From Yuukianura sp. NJ FZ-2021 (taxonomy: Eukaryota), in NCBI GenBank assembly GCA_046563655.1, contig CM102283.1, forward strand, positions 3,410,001 to 3,474,000: a stretch of 64,000 nucleotides of DNA, in the 5' to 3' direction. Position numbers and translations under genes: made by a program. The notes beneath the pieces are model-generated. The model was not told where the DNA came from and did not search any database. It saw nothing but the letters and a program-made list of their open reading frames with translations. Positions 15,516 to 26,874 of the stretch are shown here, piece by piece. Each line of letters begins with the position of its first letter. Position 1 is the stretch's first letter.

Positions 15516-18346
15516 TTACATCTTAAATCGTTTTGCGTGTGGCTTACTCTTGTTGGATTCGGATTTTTTGGATTTGGTCAATTTCTGTTGGATCTGTGTC
15601 TGGACTTTGTCTTGCAACTTGTCAAAAAATGCTTTTGAAGATTTCAGTTCCTTAGACTTCCCAACTACTGGAGCATCAGTACTTGTTTTGTCTCCCTTCT
15701 TAGTTTTCTTAGCTGAAGAAAGTACATTGTCAGCCAGTTTGACATTCCGAAGTCCGAGACCTTTGACCCGCAACTTCTCTTCGCGGTCAACCCGTTTGAG
15801 ATGCTGCTTTTTCTTCTTCTTCCTTCGGTCTCTGCTCTTGTCAGTCGAATCTCGCTCAGCCTTTCCTTTCAATTCTGATATGAGAGGAGCTGCAGAAAGA
15901 AAACAAAAACGTTTTAACTTTTGTCACCAAGTTTCAACATTTTTTTGAACGTTTGAGTTGCACTAATGTCAGAAACGAGGAATTCCAAAAATGGATTCAT
16001 CACACGAATTAAGTATCACAGAGTATCATCATCTATGTAAGTGCAAAAAAACATGTCCACTTTTAGAAGTTACTCACCTTTAATTTCTTGTGGCGCTAAA
16101 AGTGTGGCATCGCTGACACTCACTGGAGCCACTTCTTCCATTGTGATTGACGGCAGATTGGTCACAATTTTGATGTCACTAACAGCCTAGGGTAAAAAAA
16201 AAGTAATTTAAAGATAGAACTTGACATATGATTTGATATGTTCAAACTTTTCAGAAAAAACTGAAAATCTTACTGGTTTCGGTGTGTAGTGGAAGTTTGA
16301 AAGCGCGTCTAACTTTGCAAAAAGTATTTTCATGTCTTTTTGAATGCGAGCCTCTTCTTCCGGCACTGAATCCACGTCATTCTGTCCTTCCTCTGCCTTC
16401 TTCTGATTGATGTACTCCTGTGTCATTCCAAAAAAGCACATGTTTAGTTCGATTTTCAAAAAAATTAAGAAAAAATTTGTTATGACTCCCAACTAAGTTT
16501 CAGCAACGAGGAATTCCAGATGAAAGTTCATCATGAATTTTATGATGGAAGGTAACATCATAAACTTAGGAAGAAGTTAATAACACAAGTTAAAGTTAAC
16601 GTAACCTAATCGTTTTGTTTAAGAATAACTCACTTGTTCATAAACTTGTGCTAAACTTTGTTTGCTCTTTTCCGAATCCAGGATCAGTTTGTTTTTGTAT
16701 TCGACTGGAGTATCTTTTGGTTTTGCTTTTCTCTCAACGTCGTCCCAAGCCTGATCTTTGATTCTGTTTTTCATGATATCCTCCAACTTCAAAGTCGTTT
16801 TGGCAGTGATCTCAGGAGCTGAAAAACAAAAAAATACTAAAGTAAAACTTATATTAAGAGCAATAAGATAGTTGAAACTACTTCGATTTTTTTCAGTACG
16901 AGGAATTCCAAATTGATGTTTCATCACAGTAAGTAATGTTTGGAAGTATCATCATTTTCTACTAAAATACTAAAAACTGGTAGACTATCATAGTCTATAA
17001 GTTATAGACTTATTGTATAGACTGACCTTGTCTAAGAAGATGATCAAAGATCAGATGTTCTTCAAGGAGTGAGTTTTCTGGACGTTTTTCGGCAGTGATT
17101 TCTCCCTGAAATTGCCACCCTTTAGGCTCTAAAGCTTCTTTTTCTATTTGATCAATCGCTTCCTCCACTTTCTTCCTGCGTTTCTCAAACGTTGATAAAT
17201 TCTGAGGCTCTTGCGTAGTCGCTGAAAGTGAACCAGAAGTTAGCTTATCGGGCGTTGTAGGTTGGTCGTCTTCGGAACTGCTCGAGTCTTCTACTGCTTC
17301 AAGGCCGAGTAGTCCAGCATTTGAGGATTCAATGCCCTCCTCTTCGTCTTCATCTTCTTCAAGGTCATCTTGGTCTTCTTCGTCACTGTCAGATTTGATT
17401 TCTTCTTCTGCTAAAAGTGTATCAGCTGATTGGTCATTGTTATTGGCTGGTGATTGTTCTTCATCTAAGGGTTTGTCAAAGAATTGGTTATAGTAAATGT
17501 TCCTGGAGTCTCCTTCTTCGTTATCGTTCTCGTCTTCTTCGTCATCTAAAGCAGCAAACATGTCTATCGATTCATCTGAGTCTGATTCGTCAACATCTTC
17601 TTCGCCCCGCCCCCTTTTCTCTTCTTCAGCTTCCATTTGATTTTCAACATTTTCCAAGAACTCAGTCATCTGAGCCAAATTGAAAAACTTGTCATCTACA
17701 ATAGACTTGGAATAAGCCTTGCTTTTTGACGAGGATTTCTTCTTTTGTTTCCGGTTTCTGTTCCCCTCAAATTCAAATTCTGAATCTTCATCCTCTTCTA
17801 AAGAATCAGCGATGTCGTTATTCTGCTTCTTCTTCTTGGATAAGCTGGATTCTTCTTTGATAGCTTGAATTTCAATAGCCTGACTCTGAAGTATGTTTGC
17901 TTGTGCTAGTAACTTGGAGATCGATGAGACTAGGTTTTCATACATGAGTCCATTCTGAAGTTGGACTTCTTCCCAGATTTGTTCAGAGTCAAAGGATTCT
18001 GTAATAAGTTGTCGAAGAGGTGCTTCTGTTAGAGCCGCTTTGGCTGCAAGTTTACGTTTCTTCTTAGATCTGGAACTTGAGATACTGGAGAAAGCCAAGT
18101 GCTTAAGGTCACCCGCCGCAACCTCTTCGTCCTTGGTGTGATCGTAAAGGGATTTGAGTACTCCGAGTGACGTAGAAGAAACGTCGTTGCTCGCACTAAA
18201 ATATACAAACAATATTTAGAACCGTAGTTAAGACTTGTAACTTAAAAGCAAGGCTTACATAAACTTACATAAGCATAAACTGACCTCAAGAAATGCTCCG
18301 GTTCGTAGGGTTTTATAGCCTTGTAAATCCTGTTTACATCGCCCAT
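15516..18346 (-). CDS. MPHOSPH10: U3 snoRNP protein MPP10 (6 exons)
   Basis: [111 protein letters not shown]. Confidence 0.95.
15965..16037 (-). ncRNA. Box C/D snoRNA copy A (MPP10 intron 5), guide for 18S rRNA
   Basis: Sense strand ATGATGA(C)...GTGATGA(C')...TGGAATTCCTCGTTT-CTGA(D); guide complementary to conserved 18S AACGAGGAAUUCC. Confidence 0.85.
16493..16569 (-). ncRNA. Box C/D snoRNA copy B (MPP10 intron 3)
   Basis: ctaagtt/aacttag terminal stem, ATGATGT(C), ATGATGA(C'), TGGAATTCCTCGTTG-CTGA(D). Confidence 0.87.
16888..16960 (-). ncRNA. Box C/D snoRNA copy C (MPP10 intron 2), guide shifted by 1 nt
   Basis: ATGATGA(C), GTGATGA(C'), TGGAATTCCTCGTA-CTGA(D). Confidence 0.82.
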
Positions 18347-19068
18347 GTCTAAGTGAGTAGCTGTACTGCTGTAAATCAATAATCTTCAACAATTATTACT
18401 AATCGAAGAGTCCATCATCTAGTCATGATAATTAACTTTAATTAATTAACTTACACCTTCTCCTTTGTAATCAACCAGCAAGCATGCTTCTTCTGCAAAT
18501 TACAACACGAGGTACTAAAAAAAATAAGTATCAATCGGAATCAGCAGAAACTCAGCCCACCAAATTCAAATCCCACGTTTTTTAACGGTTAGTGTAAAAG
18601 TTTCTTTTTTGTAGAACGACTGCCATGCACTGCTGGGTTTTAAAAAAATTACAATTTGAAACACAAGTTATTTAATTAGTATTAATTACCAGATTAATTC
18701 AGTAACTGAATTACTAACTGCATGTTAATTATCGCAACAAAATAACTAACGTTTAATGTACAAACAATGAGTACTTCATAATATTTAAGGAACACCATCT
18801 GCTGCCCATAGCTGATGATATGGGCATGCAATAGTAGAGTAGTAGAATTTTTTTTTACAAACAGCGCTGAACGAATACACGGGAATTTTGCATTTTGTCA
18901 GTTTTGTTTGTTTTCGTTCATTCTTCGAATTTTGATTTTCGTTTTAGCAAAGAAAAGGAATCAATTGTTCAGAATTAGTGGTTTTGGTTTGTAATTAATA
19001 TATATTATTTTAATTGTAGTTGAGCAATTTTCAGGTTCGCAGTAATTTTTTAGCCAATTGATGACACG

Positions 19069-20841
19069 ATGGCTGAAGTAGAGGTGGCAGTTCATAGAGA
19101 TGCTAAGGGTCTTTCAAAGCCGAATCTCAATCCTGAACTTTCGCAACAGAGGCGACGGGAATTTCTGCTTGAGTGGCAAAAATCGTCAGTGTACATTTGA
19201 ATTGATATTGAAGCTATTGGTTAATCACTTTTTGATAAAAATGTGTTCAATTTCAGGCGACGAGATGAGATTGTGGATAAGCTGCGAGCCCTTGATGATT
19301 CGGAAGCTTCGGAAAGCGAAGGAGAGGAAGTGGATTTTCTGGAACAAGTGGATTTTAAGGGACGTGAAAAGTTGGTTCGCGGTACTCCAGCGGCAATTCC
19401 AGAAGAACAAGACAATGCAATACAAATTGATCAAATCAGCACTGTGAATCTATCACGAGGCCGTGGACGTGGGAACGGCTGCTTGGGTTTCCAGCCTAAC
19501 ATTGATGAAGTTGACAATACCGAACGTTCACGCGGGCGCGGGCGAGGACGATTCAGGTTCCCTCAGGCATCTAGTATTGCTGATGCTGATTGGAGAGTTA
19601 AGAAACCTGAATCCAGCTCAGAAAATCTTCAAATTGAGAAAAAAGCGACTACCACTGACGAAACCAAACCTTTGACAGATAAAAAGCCAATGAAAAAACG
19701 TTTTCGTCGCGTAAGTTTCAAATCTACTCAGTAAGACGAAAATTGTTAATACTTTTTACTCATTTCGTTCTGTTTTCGTTTTTGTGTAGAAACGTCCTGC
19801 TCCCTACGGGATAATGCTTTCGGAGTGGCTCATTGATGCTCCGGAAAACTTCGAGGAAGATTGGGTAGGAGTGCTGTGTCCCGTTGGGAAGCGATGTATC
19901 GTTGTGGCCTGCCGGGTACTTTAGTTTTGTCCTTGTGTTTCTAATAATTAACTTTGACCTTTGACTTTAATTGTTGTAACTTTGGGTTTAGGGAAGAACC
20001 AGAGTCTACACGAGGCGTAACGACTATCTGGGTCAATTTTCCTCTTGTCTTCCTGGTGGCAGCAACGCACATGAGAATAATTGTAAGTAATCGGAAAATC
20101 GGATTGTAACTTAATCTGAACTTTTTAAATATTAAAAACTATATATTTATTATTACGTATATTTATATAGATAAAATGTATGATTTTTGTTTACTTTGTA
20201 GTGTCCGGAACTGGACGTCGCGGGTTGACAATCTTGGACTGTCTCTGGTCAGATAAGGCTCAAACATTCTACGTTCTTGATCTCATCTGCTGGAATTCGT
20301 ATTCCGTCAATAACTGCACGGTGAGAAGGAATTTCCGAAATGTTTTTTTTCCTTACATGTCTCAGCCTCTAAACGTTTTTTTTTCTTGCACTTTCAGACT
20401 GATTTTCGTCAATTTTTTCTCACTTCCAAATTCGCAGAGAAGCCAGAACTGACAACTTCTTCGACAAGGAACGTCGTTCCATTTCAACCACTTCCTTTCT
20501 TTCCTGTTTCCGAACTGGCCAATGTTTTGTCCATGGGTTGTCCTGTCTTTGACGATGAGATTGATGGGGTCATCTTCTACCACAGAAAAGTGTTCTACTT
20601 GCCCCAAGTGACCCCTCTGGTACTCTGGGTTCACTTGTCAGACATGGAAGTTGTTCTTAGCGTTGGTGTGAGTCCAGATCTCTTGGCGCGTGAACGTGTT
20701 CGTCACGAAAAGGCTTCATATTATCTAGCGAAGCCAAATTACAACAAAAAGAAAGCAACGATAGACGTTGGCGATGAAGATTCCAGGGATGATTACACCA
20801 TCGATGAACCGTGTGACGAAGACGGAGTTCCGCTGGGGTGA
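19069..20841 (+). CDS. SNUPN: Snurportin-1 (m3G-cap import adaptor), 6 coding exons
   Basis: IBB-like SQQRRREFLLEWQKSRRDEIVDKLR; MLSEWLIDAPENFEEDWVGVLCPVGKRCIVVA; LPGG; TILDC; FYVLDLICWN; DFRQFFL; IDGVIFYH; TPLVLW. Confidence 0.92.
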
Positions 20842-21756
20842 AGTCGAGATTGACGCATTCTTCAGAGTAAGCTTATTCTTTAGTTGTCGATTGTCAATCG
20901 TTTGTAACATGTTTTGTAATTATTTATGTTATGTTTTAGGACTCTTGTTACGCTTTTGAAGGTGACCTTTAACTTATCACCAGTGCTGTTACTCGTGATG
21001 AATGGACTTAACCTTATTTTGTCGTGAATCAATTGATCAATTAAATTAAATCAATTGAGTATTTAATTAAGCTTTAGTTAGCAGAAATTAATTTACCCTG
21101 TTAGCAAATTATCGTATTTGTTGTTGTATTTTGAAAAATAAATTCAGAGTTTATTACATCAATGCTAAAGGTATGAACCAACGCAACCGCAATCTTCTAA
21201 CTATCGAAATCCAGCGACCACTTGGTTCATTGAAGGTAAGGATTAATCGATTAACTATACAACTTTATCTAAAACCGCAACATAAGTTAATTGGCGCCAC
21301 GCTTTGAATTACAATTACAAACTCCGTTTTTAGCATATGACAGCATGAGAGATTTGACTTTTCATATTTCTGTTTGGGTTTGTGTGTTTGTGGGATTGGT
21401 CAGAGTTGCGGAAGAATCTAGAAGTTTACTAGTAAACTGTTACATAGTTTGTGTTGTGTAGTCGGTTGTCTTAATTCGGTAGGCAATAATTCAATTGAAT
21501 TACTACGTCAATTAGTTACTAAATCGCCCATTCTCCTTATTTTCATACAAACTATTACTAAATTACTCGTATTCAAACGGTTGATCATTGATTTATAAGA
21601 TTTATAACAAGGAAGTCCGTAAACGACACATTTTAGTAATAGTCAGCTGATTACTTGCGTAAGTTAAGTTAAAAATTAAGTTGTTTAACTTTTCAAATCT
21701 CGTATCTGTGTTATTGATTGATTATTTTGTTAATCGTAGATTGAATTTTGGAAACC

Positions 21757-24700
21757 ATGATGCAGTTGAGTGTCAAAACGTTGGATTCCCTTACTCATAA
21801 CTTCACCGACTTGGATGAAGAGGTACATCAAGGATACTTGGCAGTATGGCAGTATTTGCAAGTATGGAACGTAAATCTAACGATTTTGTTGATTACAGAT
21901 TACCGTAGTCCAGTTTAAGTCACACATAAGCTCCACTGTGACACTACCTCCTGAACAGCAGAGACTGATTTTCCGGGGTCGAGTTCTTCAAGATGACAAG
22001 AAACTCCGGGATTACAGTTAGTGATAAATTACAATTAATCAAGAGTATTAATTAACGATTAATCAAGTTATACATTCTTCATTTGTTGTTGTCCATTTCA
22101 GATGTTACTTCGGGCCAAGTGATTCATCTTGTTGCTCGAAATCCTGCTCAGTCTACACTGGCCAACGATCATCCCCAACCACAGTTGAATACGCAACCCC
22201 GAGTGGAGGTGGAGGAGGCGGAAGGAACAATACGTTCATCATGGGCACAATTGGCACTTTGGAATTCTCCAGTATGATTTATAAGACTTAGACTTGGCAC
22301 TGGAGGTGTCAAGGTGACTGAAGGTGTCAATGACATCGTGTCATCAGTTGGATGTGCCGATATGACTCTTGTTGACATTGTTTGTTTCTTTTTGTAGATC
22401 CGCGAGGTCCAAACGCTGGTCCAGTGAGACGTCGTAGTGCCGCAGCGGCTCGCTTGACCGTGGCGAATCACTGTCTTACACGAGCATCCAACCTTCTTCA
22501 AACTCTGGAAGATGAAGTGTCACTTTTGCCACAGCAACCTGCACCTGAAGGAGTGGAACATGACGACGATGAAGCTGCCGTGCTGGAGTCAATTGCATTA
22601 CAACATGCTGCAACTACAGCTACTATTATGGCTTCCGTGCATCAACACCCTCCCGGGCAGCCTCAAGCCCCGCCCACTGGAAATAGTACAAGTTCTGCCA
22701 CTAATGGATCAGGTCAAGGTCAATCTGGAGCAGCTCCCGCTTCAGGACAAAACGGAACCCAGAATACCGGAAGTCCTGCTGCAACGGCAAGGGCAGAGTA
22801 CGTTATATAAGTTAACTAATTAACTAATTAGTAATTAAAAGTCTAAAGCATTAAGTGTTTAGTCGCTATTTATTTTTACAGAGCTCCGCCTCTTCACGAA
22901 CTTGCGACTTGTATAAACGACGTGATGGCACTCAATTCACGATTGACGCCCTATCTACAAACGGTGCAGCGTTGGCTCGTAGAAAACGGAGACTTTGGCG
23001 AGGTGACGTACAATATATTACGTAAATTTTACGTTTTATGTAAACTGTAATTTTTTTTTTACTTTTTTTTTTAGAATCGAGCTTCCACGCAGTACACATA
23101 CAATACGGTTTCTTCCGTTCTGCATTCTTTGTCACACTCAATTCATGCTCTGAGTGACCTCACTGTAGATTTCTCGCTTCCTCCAGCACAACGACGCCTG
23201 CGTGCTCCAAGTACTGTTTGGGTTGAACAGTCGCCAGTCGTCCGAGCCACGATTCCCATTGGAGTTCAAATTGGAGTGGAAGCTGTTGTTCCTAATACTA
23301 ATCCAAACACAGGAGCCCCGCCGAATCCAACTGGTGCTCCACCGGGACAAGTTTTTGGTGGACAAGGACTACTGCCAGGAAATGCTGGCGGAGTACCCGT
23401 CATGCAGCAACAAATTCAGCAAGTGATATCCAGTATCATTCAAGGGGTCATGTCAGGTCAGATGTCGGAGCCACCACAACAACCAAGTGCAACTCCTGCT
23501 CAACCGCCAGCATCCAGTATCGACAACAACAACTCCCAAAGTGCACCGAATACTGGTCCGAATCCTTTCGGTAACTTTTTCCCGCCGCAGGGATTTCAAA
23601 TTCCAGTGAATCTTATACCTGGAGCAGGAGGAGCTGGACCTACACCGCAATTCGGCACTGCTTTACCGAATATTAGTCAGCCCGGGGGAATGAGAGCAAC
23701 TAGGCAACCGGTACCGATACCGATACCGGTACCGCCAGCAACTGCTGCAGGAGCTACCGGAACTAGTACTGGTATGCGTAATCGTACAAGTTTAAATTCA
23801 CGTCGTCGACTGCTGCCATTGACTCAACAACGTTCTTTGCCTCCCTTAGACTCGATTCCAAGGCGACCGTTGCCTAGTCTGGAGCAGATGATTCTGCAGT
23901 GTCGTTCTCATCATTACCCGAATCCGGCACTTCCACGGCCACAACGACCCGAAAATTTATCCAGATTTCTGGCCCGCGAAACTCAAATTCCGGTTGGAGC
24001 GGAGACATTGGTTTTTGATACTGCAGCGTCACTGATGCAGGGACTGAATTTGACTCATCCGATACTTGCGCAGTATTTTCGAGCTACTTTGCTCCGTGGA
24101 CGAGACAGTACGAATGCTGGACATGTGACAACAGCTGTTCGAGTATATGCTAGGAAACTAGTCTCTTGGATTGTTGTAAGTTTAAGTTTTAGTCACTGGA
24201 ATAAGTAAATTAATCGATTAACTCATGTTTTTTATATATATAGACTTCCATTGCTGCTACGAGGAGTGATTTTAATCAGGTTCAGCTCACTGCTAAACTT
24301 GTGGAAGCCGTGACCCAGTTGATGTCAAAAGCTACTCAAATTATACTGGCCACTCCAGCGACAAGTCCAGTCACTCCGAAACTTGGACCATTGCTCAACG
24401 AATTTATGCCGGAATTTCTGAATGCCCTTGACGTTTTCCCGCCGTCGGAACATATAAGTATTTTCAAAGGCATTATTCTTCTAATTGTGGTAAAAATTCA
24501 TAAAAATTTGGGAAATTTTTAATTTTGAAAGGTAAACTTTTTACTTTTTGGTTTGATTTTACAGAATAGTTGCTTTCCTGGAACTTCTGTTGTCTTCACG
24601 ACTCGACTTGCGGCTGGAATCTACGATTACCTCAGCAGTTGTCAACCGACTCGACCCGAATCTGAGACGGAGTCGGACAACGTTGAAGCCGAAATCTCCA

Positions 24701-25265
24701 TGGAGATTGATTTGGAATTTGAAGATGCTTTGGATATTCCTCAAGTCGACGCTCAGATAGGATCAGCCGGAGAGGAATTCGATCCAAACAGGATTTTCCG
24801 GAACTCGGTTGCCAATAACACTGCAAGCACTGTGCCTTCAATGCCCACTCCCAGCACCTCAGCAGTGCCTTTGTCCACTTTGGACTCTAATACTGCCCAA
24901 GCATCTTCCAGTACCTCCAGTACTTCGGGAAGCAAGACTGTTGAAACTGGAAGTGGCAATGGGAAGAAACGAGTTGCTCCGGCGGATAACTTTCTGGATT
25001 CGGACGACGACGAAGAGAACATGCAAGCGGAACTTCAGAGAATGACGGGGTCGTTGTTTCGTGATGTTCCAGAGGTAACTAACGTTTGTAATTAGCAACA
25101 CATTAGTTTATTAAGAAAATCTCAATTAATCTTAATCTGGTGTTAATTTTTTGATAGCCATGGCATGAAACTCTCCTGTTGGATATTCAACGGCAAGAGG
25201 CTCTGAGGCAAAATCCTCCACCGGAACCTTCGCCTGGATTTCTATCGATCTTTCCACGGAAATAA
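21757..25265 (+). CDS. BAG6: BAG6/BAT3/Scythe-like large proline-rich protein; apparent 1-nt frameshift in exon 3; ends before the BAG-similar domain
   Basis: N-terminal UBL MMQLSVKTLDS...EQQRLIFRGRVLQDDKKLRDYNV...VIHLVAR; HSLSHSIHALSDL; P/Q-rich middle; terminal VPEPWHETLLLDIQRQ...GFLSIFPRK*, matching the BAG6 VPxEWxxxIxxDIxxQ...YLSGMP motif. Confidence 0.85.
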
Positions 25266-25519
25266 GAGATTGCTAAACATAATTCAAAATATGTCCAGTT
25301 GTACTGGGCAGGCACATTACCTAAGGTTGGGAAAACATTTTAGTATGATTGAACAAGATTTACGAGAAGAATATGGAGAAGCACAATTCATAATTAATTG
25401 AAAGTAATTCTTAATTTCTAATTGGTTAGTATTCAAGAAAACCTTAGCTAATGGAAGTGCGTTTAATTTACGATTAGCTTACTAATTAGTAATAAAGACA
25501 AAGAATCGTTTTTTGTTAA

Positions 25520-25755
25520 CCTTGGCATGAAACTCTCCTTTTGGACATTCAACGGCAAGAGGCCCTGAGGCAAAATCCTCCACCGGAAGTTTCGCCTGGA
25601 TTTCTATCGATCTTTCCACGAAAATAAAAGATTGCTAAGGAAAATTATTCAAAATTAGCCCAGTAGTACTGGGTCAGCACATTAGCTAATGCTAGGAAAC
25701 AATTTTTGTTTGATTGAACAACGTTTACAAGAGAAGATTATGGAGAAGCACAATT
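25520..25755 (+). pseudogene. Tandem duplicate of the BAG6 last exon plus 3' UTR, acceptor lost
   Basis: Near-identical to 25158-25390; preceded by ttgttaa instead of ttgatag. Confidence 0.85.
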
Positions 25756-25982
25756 TAGAGTGATTGACAACAGAAGCTAATCAATGGGAGTTATCCTTAA
25801 TTTCAGTAAAGATTAATTTACCAATTAGTAATTTAGAGATATCGTTTAAGGTTAAACGACTGTTATGTTAGCTTCTGATTAAGTTAGGTTTCCAATAACT
25901 TACTAATTAAAGGTTGGGGGTTTATGTTAGTCTTCGAGTCCGTTTGTAGACAGCGCGAGTATCTTATGAAACCTTGGGAGAG

Positions 25983-26874
25983 TTACTGCTGTGGAGATGA
26001 TGAAGGCTGCGAAACAGGGAGTGCTGCTGGCGGAGACAATGACGATGCTGTACTGGATAGCTCGCAATTTTCGTCTCCTTCGTCATCCTCCGACTCCGAA
26101 CTGGAACTAAGGTAAACCCAATCCGGATTAGATTTTTTAGTTAAGGTTAAGGCGATAACAAGTCAATCGTATTGTTCAATTACATCAAATCTAAACCATT
26201 ACCTCGTGTTTTGGCGGTCTTTGATCAGTCTACGTATTTCTTTAACCATTCGGTCCATTTCCTGTGATTTTTCTAGTCCAAATACGCTTTGTTTCACAAT
26301 TCCAACGTCAGCGGTGTTAGTCAGAACGGTTATGCCATAAGTGGCTGGGAATTTTCCAGAACCGGAGTAGCAAAAGTCGGCCACCGTCATCGTGCGTGTA
26401 ATTGGTAAAGTGTAAAGACTGGAATCAGTAATAATTGTATATGTCACAGGAAATATCATAATTTCGCTGCCTCAATATTTTGTCACTGTGCACTTACTTT
26501 TTCTTTACGAGACGGGTGGTCGTCGACATATGGGTCCCAGGGTGGTCGTCGCCCTGGGTCTTGAAAAATTTGATAATGTTGTCTCCAGTATCTTCGTCAA
26601 CTTTGATGGAAGCAAGCAATCCAGTCCATGGATCTCGTAGTACCTCTCGTTTGTCATCAGCATCTAAGTATAACAGCCTGAAGTTGAAGTCCATGACCGA
26701 TGTTTCTATTAGTTTTCGTTTCCTGTTTCTCTCGGAACACAAGTTTCTGAAGCTAACTACGAGCTCTACTGGAACTCCAAAACTGTGACATGGAGTCTCC
26801 ATGCCGTCTTCGTGTGGAGGTTCCTTCAGGGTGTTGGGATTGAGATAGGGGCAGACCGATGACATGTGACACAT
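25983..26874 (-). CDS. Uncharacterised 3-exon protein
   Basis: ORF 26494-26886 ends at a GTAAGT donor, ORF 26199-26459 ends at GTAATG, and a terminal exon reads SESEDDEGDENCEL...SPQQ*. No recognised domain; start uncertain. Confidence 0.5.

Noticed and set aside
20867-20939. Intron in the SNUPN 3' UTR as a possible NMD trigger
   Set aside because: The donor is only about 25 nt after the stop, below the usual 50-55 nt threshold.
22290-22312. CTTGGCACTGG in a BAG6 intron resembling the miR-263/96 5' end
   Set aside because: Only an 8-bp stem, no pre-miRNA-sized hairpin, and the 3' part does not match.
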